Positions 16,423 to 24,848 of a DNA stretch of 64,000 nucleotides are shown piece after piece. The DNA is taken from positions 4,489-68,488 of the forward strand of contig JBGVRO010000010.1 in the NCBI GenBank assembly GCA_045128515.1, in the 5' to 3' direction. This DNA comes from Eubacteriales bacterium (GTDB lineage Bacteria > Bacillota > Clostridia > Oscillospirales > CAG-272). Made by a program: the position numbers and the translations under genes. How positions within the stretch are numbered: the stretch's first letter is position 1; each line of letters opens with the position of its first letter. The notes below the pieces were generated by a model that saw only the letters and a program-made list of their open reading frames with translations, had not been told where the DNA came from and made no database searches.

Positions 16423-17697
16423 TTACTTACCTCCTTTTGTAATTGCAACGAGAATCTCGTCGTCGGAAAGATACTTTGCAGAGGTGTATGTACGAAGCTT
16501 GTTAGAGGATGTAATAACAGGCATAGTCTTGCAAAGAGGGTTATTCATATACATAAGAGGGCAGATGTAGGATGTGATAACACCGCACTTCTTAAGTCTC
16601 TCAGCATACTCGGTCTTGTTGAATACCTCAAGCACGCCGGGAGCTGCTGTAAATACGGTAGGAATAACAACCTTGGAGTTACCTGCTGCCTTAAGGCCTG
16701 CCTCAACCTTGTCTGTCCAGCTCTTAAGCTGCTCAAGGCTCATATGGGGACAACCCATGAAGCAAAGCTTGGGGGTAGCATCGGGATTCTTCCAGATAAC
16801 AGGGTAGGAGTCCTTTACTCTCTGAAGCTCTGCATCGTCGATAACGTAAACCTGCGCGCCCTCAGCAATAAGAGACTCGCCGTGAAGCTTTGCCTCGGGG
16901 GTGAGGTCGTGAATGTGGTAAAGACCAACTGCGCCGTTGGATGCAGTCGCAGCGCCAAAGTCCTTAAGATATGTGCAAGCAGCATCGTCAAGCTCGTTGC
17001 CAAGATACTGGTTAAGGCCGTAAACGTAGGGAACGTCCTCCATAACCTTCATACCGATAGCACTACCGAGAAGCTGTGCATCAGGCTTCTTTGTGGTCTC
17101 AACCTTGATGATCCAGGTAGCCTTTCTACCCTCATCGGTAAGAAGACCGAAGTTAGGAACGTAGCCTGCAATAGAACCCATGATATCCATAATACCCGAG
17201 TTTCTGTTACATCTTGCACCGAGAACAGAGTTCGCGTATACTACGGCAGAGGACTCGGACCAAGAGAGAATGTCACCCATCTTGGGCTTGTTACCAACCT
17301 CGTCCATGTAGCAGGTACAGGTGAAGGCATTCTTATCCATAAGACCAAGCTTGTCCAGCTGAACCTCATAGGTTGCCTGCTTGGTGTACATGAATTTGTC
17401 GAATACGAAATTCTGAAGGAAGTTTGCAGGAACGTTTTTGTCTACGGGACGGGGGTCCATGGAGAACTTCTGTCCGCTTGTAACGCCTGCGTCAATGAGT
17501 CTCTGCATAAGGTCATAAACAGGAGCCATAACCTTAAGACCAAAGCTTGTTACCAGGTGGTTATATTCGCTTGTTACAGCTACAAGACTGTCGGCGCCAA
17601 ATGTCTCGCCGTACATAACGAGGGTCTTCATAACCTTCGCCATGGTTTCGCCATGCTTGCCGTCAAGCATTTCCTGCTGGTGAGCAGTAAGTTGCAT
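16423..17697 (-). CDS. Aconitase X catalytic subunit (DUF521)
   Basis: A 424-aa protein beginning L...Q..MLDG..GE, with Cys-containing segments (CNRNSG, GCPHMS) typical of the AcnX large subunit. It is paired with the DUF126 subunit. Confidence 0.8.
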   Translation of the reverse strand: MQLTAHQQEMLDGKHGETMAKVMKTLVMYGETFGADSLVAVTSEYNHLVTSFGLKVMAPVYDLMQRLIDAGVTSGQKFSMDPRPVDKNVPANFLQNFVFDKFMYTKQATYEVQLDKLGLMDKNAFTCTCYMDEVGNKPKMGDILSWSESSAVVYANSVLGARCNRNSGIMDIMGSIAGYVPNFGLLTDEGRKATWIIKVETTKKPDAQLLGSAIGMKVMEDVPYVYGLNQYLGNELDDAACTYLKDFGAATASNGAVGLYHIHDLTPEAKLHGESLIAEGAQVYVIDDAELQRVKDSYPVIWKNPDATPKLCFMGCPHMSLEQLKSWTDKVEAGLKAAGNSKVVIPTVFTAAPGVLEVFNKTEYAERLKKCGVITSYICPLMYMNNPLCKTMPVITSSNKLRTYTSAKYLSDDEILVAITKGGK

Positions 17698-17737
17698 AAT
17701 ATTTCTCCTTTTTGTAAAGTGAAGTTGTCATATTGAC

Positions 17738-17851
17738 GTTTGCATAAGCAAACATTTCATCCGCCTTGGCGGATTTCATCCTGTATTACAGGATTTCATT
17801 CGGGCATTTGCCCGAATTTCATTGTATGAAGATCGTTTAGATCTTCATACA
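17738..17851 (-). repeat. Hairpin array C: five perfect hairpins joined by AT-TTC-AT linkers
   Basis: gtttgc-ataa-gcaaac | atccgcc-tt-ggcggat | atcctgt-att-acaggat | attcgggc-attt-gcccgaat | tgtatgaagatc-gttta-gatcttcataca. The last stem is built from the final four codons and the stop of the enoate-reductase gene. Confidence 0.88.
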
Positions 17852-19906
17852 AACGTCCCATGCGCCCCAGATAACCGTTCTGAGGTTGCCAACGTTCTGC
17901 GCGTCACCGATGATGTGAACGTGCTTAGACTTCTTTGCGATGGGTGCGGGGTTGTAACCAACAGAGAGAACTACGGAGTCGCAAGAAATTTCACTTGTAT
18001 TTCCGTTCTTGTCTGCGATAACAACAGCGCCGTCCTTGATCTCCTTAACGCCTGTTTCAAGATGTACAGCCACCTTGTTTGCGTTGAAGAAGTCACGAAG
18101 GTAGGAGGTGTTTGCAAGACAAATACCGGGAGTTGTGATAAGGTCGTCCTGCATTTCAACAACGACAGGCTCCTTGCCCTGAAGGTAGAGATCGTATGCG
18201 ATCTCACAGCCTGTAAGACCGCCGCCGATAACTACTACCTTGTTGCCAACGGTCTTGTTGCCGAGAAGGTAATCAACAGCCTCAACAGACTTTTCTACAC
18301 CGGGAATAGGAATTCTCTTTGCCTTAGCACCGGTAGCAATAATAATTTCATCAGCCTTGATAGCCGAAATATCCTTAATCTCGGTATTAAGCTTAACCTC
18401 GATAGGAAGCTTCTGTACCTCTCTGATATACCATGCGATAAGCTCGCGGTCCTTCTCCTTGAAGGAGGGAGCAGCAGCTGCTACGAATACACCGCCAAGC
18501 TTGTCGGTCTTTTCGTAAATGGTAACCTTGTGTCCGCGCTTTGTAAGGAGAATTGCTGCCTCCATACCGCCGATACCACCACCGATAACCGCAACGTTTT
18601 TAGCCTTCTTTGCAGGCTTCACGTAGTACTTCTTGGACTGCATGGTCTCGGGATTAAGCGCACAGCGTGCAAGACCCATAGTGTCGGTAAGGTCCTGGGT
18701 GTTGTAGTGACCCTTGGAGGAGGAGAAGTTGAAGCAGCCTGCATGACAGCAGATACAGGGACGGATGTCCTCGATTCTGTCCTCAATAAGCTTGGTAACC
18801 CACTCTCCGTCTGCAAGGAACTGTCTTGCAATACCAACACCGTCGATTCTGCCTTCAGCAACGGCCTTAGCACCAACGTCAGGCTCCATACGGCCTGCAC
18901 ATACTACGGGGATGTCAACGAACTTCTTGATGTGAGCAACGTCGTCAAGGTTACAGTTCTGGGGCATGTACATCGGGGGATGTGCCCAGTACCAGGAGTC
19001 ATATGTACCGTTGTCTGCGTTAAGCATATCATAGCCTGCGTCCTGAAGATACTTTGCAGCTCTCTCGGACTCTTCCATGTTACGACCAACCTCGATGTAC
19101 TTCTCACCGGGAACGGCACCCTCGCGGAAGCCCTTCATCTTGGACTCTACCGAGTAACGGAGAGAAACGGGGAAGTCCTCGCCACACTCAGCCTTGATTG
19201 CCTTAACAACCTCTGCTGCAAAGCGGTATCTGTTCTCAAAGCTGCCACCGTATTCGTCGGTACGCTTGTTGAAGAACTCGATTGCGAACTGGTCAAGAAG
19301 ATAACCCTCATGTACTGCGTGTACCTCAACACCGTCAACACCTGCGTCGCGGCAGAGCTTTGCGGTCTTTGCAAATGCCTCGATGATCTCGTGAATCTGG
19401 TGCTTGGTCATTTCGGGACAGATGATGTCGGGTGCCCAACGAGCAGGCTGCTCGGAGGGAGATGCAAGCTCGTGGCTTGTATCAAGAATGGGCTTAAGAA
19501 TTGCTCTTGTAAACTTGTTCTTATGGAGAGGGCCTATAAGCTCGGTGATCGCCCAGGAGCGTCCCATACCTGCGGTAAGCTGAATGAAGAGCTTTGCGCC
19601 TGTCTTGTGGATCTCGTCCATAAATTCCTTAAGTTCCTCGAACATCTTGGGATTCTGCCAGAGCCACTTGCCCCAGAAGGTATCTCTAAGGGGAGCGATA
19701 CCGGGGATGATAAGACCTACGTTATTGTTTGCTCTCTCAAGGAAAAGCTTTGCAGCCTCCTTGTCAAAGCCACAGCCGGTCAGCTCAAACCAACCAAACA
19801 GCGACGTACCGCCCATAGGACACATAACGATACGGTTTTTGATCTCTACGTTGCCTATTTTCCAAGGGGTAAACAGGGCTTCGTACTTAGGATCTATGTT
19901 TGCCAT
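17837..19906 (-). CDS. 2-enoate reductase / 2,4-dienoyl-CoA-reductase-like flavoprotein (OYE FMN domain, 4Fe-4S, FAD/NAD(P) domain)
   Basis: N-terminal OYE-like segment (I.NRIVM.PMG), the Cys cluster CICCHAGC and the dinucleotide fold VAVIGGGIGGMEAA. Confidence 0.85.
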   Translation of the reverse strand: MANIDPKYEALFTPWKIGNVEIKNRIVMCPMGGTSLFGWFELTGCGFDKEAAKLFLERANNNVGLIIPGIAPLRDTFWGKWLWQNPKMFEELKEFMDEIHKTGAKLFIQLTAGMGRSWAITELIGPLHKNKFTRAILKPILDTSHELASPSEQPARWAPDIICPEMTKHQIHEIIEAFAKTAKLCRDAGVDGVEVHAVHEGYLLDQFAIEFFNKRTDEYGGSFENRYRFAAEVVKAIKAECGEDFPVSLRYSVESKMKGFREGAVPGEKYIEVGRNMEESERAAKYLQDAGYDMLNADNGTYDSWYWAHPPMYMPQNCNLDDVAHIKKFVDIPVVCAGRMEPDVGAKAVAEGRIDGVGIARQFLADGEWVTKLIEDRIEDIRPCICCHAGCFNFSSSKGHYNTQDLTDTMGLARCALNPETMQSKKYYVKPAKKAKNVAVIGGGIGGMEAAILLTKRGHKVTIYEKTDKLGGVFVAAAAPSFKEKDRELIAWYIREVQKLPIEVKLNTEIKDISAIKADEIIIATGAKAKRIPIPGVEKSVEAVDYLLGNKTVGNKVVVIGGGLTGCEIAYDLYLQGKEPVVVEMQDDLITTPGICLANTSYLRDFFNANKVAVHLETGVKEIKDGAVVIADKNGNTSEISCDSVVLSVGYNPAPIAKKSKHVHIIGDAQNVGNLRTVIWGAWDVCMKI

Positions 19907-20118
19907 AGTAAAAATCCTTTCTTTTTATTTTATTTTACTCAATCGTAAACATTATACAGAAAAAAAGGCATATTGTCAACTATTTCACAATTATTTTTAT
20001 TTATTTTACACAAAATAATAAAATATTTGTAAAAAAGAATTTTTATCTCTTTTTTATATTGCAAAGCATTACAAAATGTGATATTATGTTAAGTAACTTG
20101 TATTTTGTAAAGGAGGCG

Positions 20119-21900
20119 ATGGGGTTGATTTTCGGCAAACACATTAACAGATACTACTTCAAATATGCCCATATGCTTTTACTTGGCATTCTGGCGCTTC
20201 TTTTGGTTGACTTTCTTCAGCTTAAGATTCCCGAATTTTACGGCATGGTCGTTAACGGCATTGCCTATGGAGAGGTTGAGGTAGACGGTGTTGTACACAC
20301 TTTTGATCTTGCCTTTCTTCTTGATAAGATCTGCGGTCCTATGCTCTATATTATAGTTGCAATGGCATTTTGCAGATTCCTCTGGCGTGTATGCTTCTTC
20401 GGTGCAGGCATAAGAGTTGAGACCGATATTCGCTCCAGAATGTTTAATCACTCAAAGCATCTCTCTCAGCAGTTCTACCACAAGAACAAGGTTGGTAATA
20501 TGATGTCATACTACATCAACGACCTTGAGACGATTCAGTCCTGCTTTGGCGACGGCGCGCTTATGTTCTTCGACGCGCTTTTGCTTGGTGGTATCGCTGT
20601 GTTCAAGATGTTCAGAATGAATCCTCTTCTCACAGTATTCACCCTGATTCCTATGGCGCTTCTTCTTACCATTGGAACCATCGTTGGTCAGTATATGACT
20701 AAAAAATGGGAGATAAGACAGGAGGCGTTCTCGGCACTTTCGGATTTCTCGCAGGAGAACTTTTCAGGTATCGCGGTAATTAAGGCGTTCGTTAAGGAGT
20801 TCCGCGAGCTTCTTGCATTCCGTAAGCTTAACAAGGATAATGAAAAGGCTAACGTTGAGTATACGAGAGCCTCGGTCCTTCTTCATATCTGCGTTACTCT
20901 GTTCGTTGAGTCGGTTATCTGCGTAATTCTTGGTTATGGCGGTTATCTTGTGTATAACGACGTATTTGATGCAGGTGATCTTGTAGAGTATATCGGTTAT
21001 TTCAACTCTATCGTTTGGCCGGTTATGGCTGTGTCGCAGCTTATTGAGATGGCATCCCGCGGCAAGGCTTCGCTTAAGCGTGTCGGCGAGTTGCTTGATA
21101 CACCCATTGACGTTAAGGATAGAGAGGGCGTTACTCCTATCGAATCTGTGAAGGGCGACATTGAATTCAAGAGCCTTACCTTCCGTTATCCCGATGCAGA
21201 TTACGATGCTCTGAGTGACGTATCGTTTAAGATCAACGCAGGTGAGAATGTAGGTATTATTGGTAAAACAGGCTCCGGAAAGACAACTATTGTTGACATA
21301 TTACTCAGAATTTACAACATTCCCGATGGAACCGTGTTCGTTGACGGAATAGACGTTAATGATATTTCTATTGAATCACTGCGTCGAGGATGCGCCTACG
21401 TTCCACAGGACAACTTCCTCTTCAGCGATACTATCGAAAATAACATCGCCTTTGGCGCAGAGGAATATGATATTGCAGAGGTTGAGCGCTTCGCCGAACT
21501 TTCTGACGTACACGGCAATATTTCGCAGTTCACCGACGGATATCAGACGGTCCTTGGCGAGAGGGGCGTTACCGTTTCGGGTGGACAAAAGCAGCGTATT
21601 TCTATTGCACGTGCTCTTATGAAGCAGGCATCTATACTTATTCTTGACGACTCGGTAAGTGCGGTCGATACCGAAACCGAGCGTACAATTATCTCTAACC
21701 TTCGTGAAACTCGCAAGGGTAAGACCACTATCCTTATCGCTCACCGTGTTTCCACCGTTGAAAAGATGGATAAAATCATCTTCGTTGAGGACGGCAGAAT
21801 TCTTGCCGTTGGTTCTCACGAGGAGCTGCTTGAAAAATCCCCCGAATACAGAACCACGGTTGAGCTTCAAAAGCTTGATGAAGAAAAGGAGGGCGAATAA
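20119..21900 (+). CDS. ABC exporter, fused permease/ATPase subunit A
   Basis: Six-TM domain, Walker A GKTGSGKTT, signature VSGGQKQR and Walker B ILILDDS. Confidence 0.88.
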   Translation: MGLIFGKHINRYYFKYAHMLLLGILALLLVDFLQLKIPEFYGMVVNGIAYGEVEVDGVVHTFDLAFLLDKICGPMLYIIVAMAFCRFLWRVCFFGAGIRVETDIRSRMFNHSKHLSQQFYHKNKVGNMMSYYINDLETIQSCFGDGALMFFDALLLGGIAVFKMFRMNPLLTVFTLIPMALLLTIGTIVGQYMTKKWEIRQEAFSALSDFSQENFSGIAVIKAFVKEFRELLAFRKLNKDNEKANVEYTRASVLLHICVTLFVESVICVILGYGGYLVYNDVFDAGDLVEYIGYFNSIVWPVMAVSQLIEMASRGKASLKRVGELLDTPIDVKDREGVTPIESVKGDIEFKSLTFRYPDADYDALSDVSFKINAGENVGIIGKTGSGKTTIVDILLRIYNIPDGTVFVDGIDVNDISIESLRRGCAYVPQDNFLFSDTIENNIAFGAEEYDIAEVERFAELSDVHGNISQFTDGYQTVLGERGVTVSGGQKQRISIARALMKQASILILDDSVSAVDTETERTIISNLRETRKGKTTILIAHRVSTVEKMDKIIFVEDGRILAVGSHEELLEKSPEYRTTVELQKLDEEKEGE

Positions 21901-23792
21901 TGAAACTCGGTGAAATTTATCCTCTCCTTGTCATAGGCGGTATTATAGGTCTGTTTTCTGTTGTTTTCATAGTTGCGTATGCTACTATGAAGAATAAAAA
22001 GGAGGCTATCGGCTTTGACCGACATATGAAGGACTCAGAGATAGTTGTCCGCCTTCTCAGATATGCCAAGCCCTATTTACCTCAGTTCCTTCTCGTAGGC
22101 TTTATTATGCTCATTTCCATTGCCTACGATATTATCGCACCTATTATTATGGGTGATATCATCAAAATGGTGCAGCAGGACTTTGAGATGAACAAGCTGC
22201 TTTCCTTCATCATTTTGTATGCATCTATTCTTATCGTTTCTCTTATCGCAACCTATCTTCAGTCACTGATCCTTCAGCGCATCGGTCAGAAGATACTCTC
22301 CTCCATTCGTGAGAACGTGTTCAGCCATATCGAGAGTCTCTCACACGGTCAGCTTAATGCGATCCCCGTAGGTAAGCTTGTTACCAGAGTTTGTAACGAT
22401 ACCGGTGCGATCTCTATGATGTTTACCAATCTTTTGGTTAACCTTATAAAGAATTGCTTTATTATCGTAGGTGTGTTCGTTGCAATGCTTTGCCTCAATT
22501 ACGCGCTTACTCTTATGGTGCTTTGCTTCGTTCCCTTTATTGTACTATTTACAGTAATATTCCGCAAATTCTCCCGTAAGGCATACCGTAGCGTTAAGGA
22601 TGCCACCACAGACATCAACACATTTCTTTCCGAGAATCTCTCGGGTATGAAGATTACCCAGGTGTTTAACCGCGAGGAACGTAAGGCGGCTGAATTTGAG
22701 GAGAAGAACCAGCGTCTCGGTAATGCAAAGCGTAAGCAGATCTTCGTGTTCGGTATATTCCGTCCCATGGTCTTTATGCTTTATATTTCCTCGGTATTGA
22801 CTCTGTTCTATCTCTGTTCTGTTGGCAAGATCAACAACGTTGAGATGCTTGGACAGTTTATAGATTCGGCGACTCTCGTTTCCTTCTATATGTTCATATC
22901 CAAGTTCTTTAACCCGATTCAGAACCTTGCTGAACAGTTCAACTGGATGCAGTCTGCTCTGGCCTCTGCAGAAAAGATATTTACCATTCTTGATATGAAG
23001 CCCGAGATCGTGGACGAGCCCGATGCTATCGAGCTTGATCATGTAGAGGGTAATATTGAGTTTAAGAACGTTTGGTTTGCGTATAACGAGGGCGAGTGGG
23101 TGCTCCGCGACGTATCCTTTAAGGTGAATGCTAACGATACAGTTGCCTTTGTCGGTTCGACAGGATCGGGCAAGACCACCATTCTTTCGCTTATCTGCCG
23201 TAATTACGATATTCAGAAGGGCGAGATCCTTATCGACGGTATTAACATCAAGAAGATCAAGATCTCATCTCTTCGCCGTCACTTCGGTCAGATGCTGCAG
23301 GACGTATTCCTCTTCTCAGGTACGATTCGTTCTAATATCGTTCTTCGTGATGATAGCATCAGCGACGAGGAGGTTCTTAAGACCTGTGATTACGTAAACG
23401 CAACTCACTTTATCTCCAAGCTTACGAAGGGGCTTGACGAGGAGGTTCGTGAGAGAGGTAATAACTTCTCCGCAGGACAGCGTCAGCTGCTTTCCTTCGC
23501 AAGAACCATCGTGCATAAGCCTGCGGTTATGATCCTTGACGAGGCAACCGCTAATATTGATACCGAAACCGAGCTTCTCATTCAGGATTCGCTTGAAAAA
23601 ATGATGAACATCGGTACAATGCTTATAGTTGCTCACCGTTTGTCTACCATTCAGCACGCGGATAAGATCATAGTTCTGTCCCACGGCGAGATAGTAGAGC
23701 AGGGCAACCACGACGAGCTGCTTAAGCTCCGCGGCAGATATTACGATCTGTATATGCTGCAGTTTAAGAAGGATCAGCTTAATAAAGTATGA
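21900..23792 (+). CDS. ABC exporter, fused permease/ATPase subunit B
   Basis: Walker A GSTGSGKTT, signature FSAGQRQL and Walker B VMILDEAT. The ATGA start/stop overlap with subunit A suggests a heterodimer. Confidence 0.9.
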   Translation: MKLGEIYPLLVIGGIIGLFSVVFIVAYATMKNKKEAIGFDRHMKDSEIVVRLLRYAKPYLPQFLLVGFIMLISIAYDIIAPIIMGDIIKMVQQDFEMNKLLSFIILYASILIVSLIATYLQSLILQRIGQKILSSIRENVFSHIESLSHGQLNAIPVGKLVTRVCNDTGAISMMFTNLLVNLIKNCFIIVGVFVAMLCLNYALTLMVLCFVPFIVLFTVIFRKFSRKAYRSVKDATTDINTFLSENLSGMKITQVFNREERKAAEFEEKNQRLGNAKRKQIFVFGIFRPMVFMLYISSVLTLFYLCSVGKINNVEMLGQFIDSATLVSFYMFISKFFNPIQNLAEQFNWMQSALASAEKIFTILDMKPEIVDEPDAIELDHVEGNIEFKNVWFAYNEGEWVLRDVSFKVNANDTVAFVGSTGSGKTTILSLICRNYDIQKGEILIDGINIKKIKISSLRRHFGQMLQDVFLFSGTIRSNIVLRDDSISDEEVLKTCDYVNATHFISKLTKGLDEEVRERGNNFSAGQRQLLSFARTIVHKPAVMILDEATANIDTETELLIQDSLEKMMNIGTMLIVAHRLSTIQHADKIIVLSHGEIVEQGNHDELLKLRGRYYDLYMLQFKKDQLNKV

Positions 23793-23799
23793 TTTATTT

Positions 23800-23832
23800 T
23801 TCCGCACCGAGAAATCGGTGCGGATTTTTTTG
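23800..23832 (+). terminator. Intrinsic terminator
   Basis: tccgcaccga-gaaa-tcggtgcgga followed by ttttttt. Confidence 0.78.
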
Positions 23833-23923
23833 CGTTTTCTATTTACTTTTAAATATTTATATGGTATAATACAAAATGGTGTAATTTGCGCCGATTTTTG
23901 TTGTGGATGGAGGTTTAGATGTA

Positions 23924-24631
23924 ATGAGAATAGATAAGCTTTTGTCCGAGCTTGGCATCGCCTCGCGTAAGGAGGCGGCTAAGGTTGCGAAATCGGGTGG
24001 AATCATCATAGACGGCATAGCCGTAAGAGATGTGTCAAAGCATATCGACCCCGAAAAATCCAAGGTGATCTATCTCGGTCGGGAGATAGTGTATCAAAAG
24101 TACACCTACGTTATGCTGAACAAGCCTACGGGATACGTCAGCGCAACAGATGACAAGAGTTTGCCCTACGTTACCGAGCTTTTGCCCGAGGAACTGAGAC
24201 GACGTGAGCTTTTCCCGGTGGGACGTCTTGACCGCGATACGGTTGGTCTTATGATACTTACCAACAACGGTGTTCTCGCTCATTCGCTTTTATCCCCCAA
24301 GCACCACGTAACAAAAGAGTATTATTTCACTGCTGCCGAGCCTGTAAGGGAAGGCGCAGAGGAGAATTTTAAGGATGGTGTGACCCTTGCCGATGGGTAT
24401 GAATGTAAGCCTGCTGAGCTATATCTCTCCGAGGATAGACGAGAGGGAAGAATTGTGCTTACCGAGGGTAAATATCACCAGATAAAGCGTATGATAGCAG
24501 CGCAGGATAACCGTGTTACAAGCCTTGAGCGAATTTCCTTTGGTGGAATTTTGCTTGATCGAACACTTGCTCGCGGTGAGTGGCGCTATCTTACTAAAGA
24601 AGAAATTATTATCCTTGAGATGCAAGGATAA
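23924..24631 (+). CDS. rsuA: Pseudouridine synthase, RsuA/RluB family, with an S4 domain
   Basis: S4 domain MRIDKLLSELGIASRKEA and the catalytic motif GRLDRDTVGL. The start was set at the ATG at 23924 behind ggaggt. Confidence 0.85.
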   Translation: MRIDKLLSELGIASRKEAAKVAKSGGIIIDGIAVRDVSKHIDPEKSKVIYLGREIVYQKYTYVMLNKPTGYVSATDDKSLPYVTELLPEELRRRELFPVGRLDRDTVGLMILTNNGVLAHSLLSPKHHVTKEYYFTAAEPVREGAEENFKDGVTLADGYECKPAELYLSEDRREGRIVLTEGKYHQIKRMIAAQDNRVTSLERISFGGILLDRTLARGEWRYLTKEEIIILEMQG

Positions 24632-24634
24632 TAA

Positions 24635-24823
24635 TGTTTCGCAAAGCGAAACAATTCATGCACGAAGTGCAATTCATGGCGATAGCCAATTCATGCCATA
24701 GGCAATTCATAAAAGAATGAATTGAAGCCACAGGCTTCATGAATTGAGATCTTTGATCTCATGAATTGATGCTACACATCATGAATTGAAACCATGTTTC
24801 ATGATTTGAAGGCACAGCCTTCA
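24635..24823 (+). repeat. Hairpin array B: ten perfect hairpins. The same linker as array A is present in both orientations, flipping at a central 8-bp palindrome.
   Basis: Four units use CAATTCATG linkers. A central caattcat-aaaaga-atgaattg follows, then five units use CATGAATTG linkers. The array fills the gap from 4 nt after the rsuA stop to the tex RBS. Confidence 0.9.
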
Positions 24824-24848
24824 TTAACAATATAAGGAGAAAAAACAA

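Noticed and set aside
17822-19948. A 708-aa plus-strand ORF in the track, the longest of several very long antisense ORFs (also 24951-27107, 31325-33484, 56681-58510, 47419-48918, 16744-17736, 29661-30974 and 61185-62165).
   Set aside because: Each lies exactly antisense to a gene with unmistakable family motifs (enoate reductase, Tex, lipoprotein, TasA-like proteins, AcnX, GH79-like). Their translations are Cys/Leu/Val/Asn-rich low-complexity strings with no recognisable motifs and no RBS. They are shadow ORFs caused by codon bias on the opposite strand.
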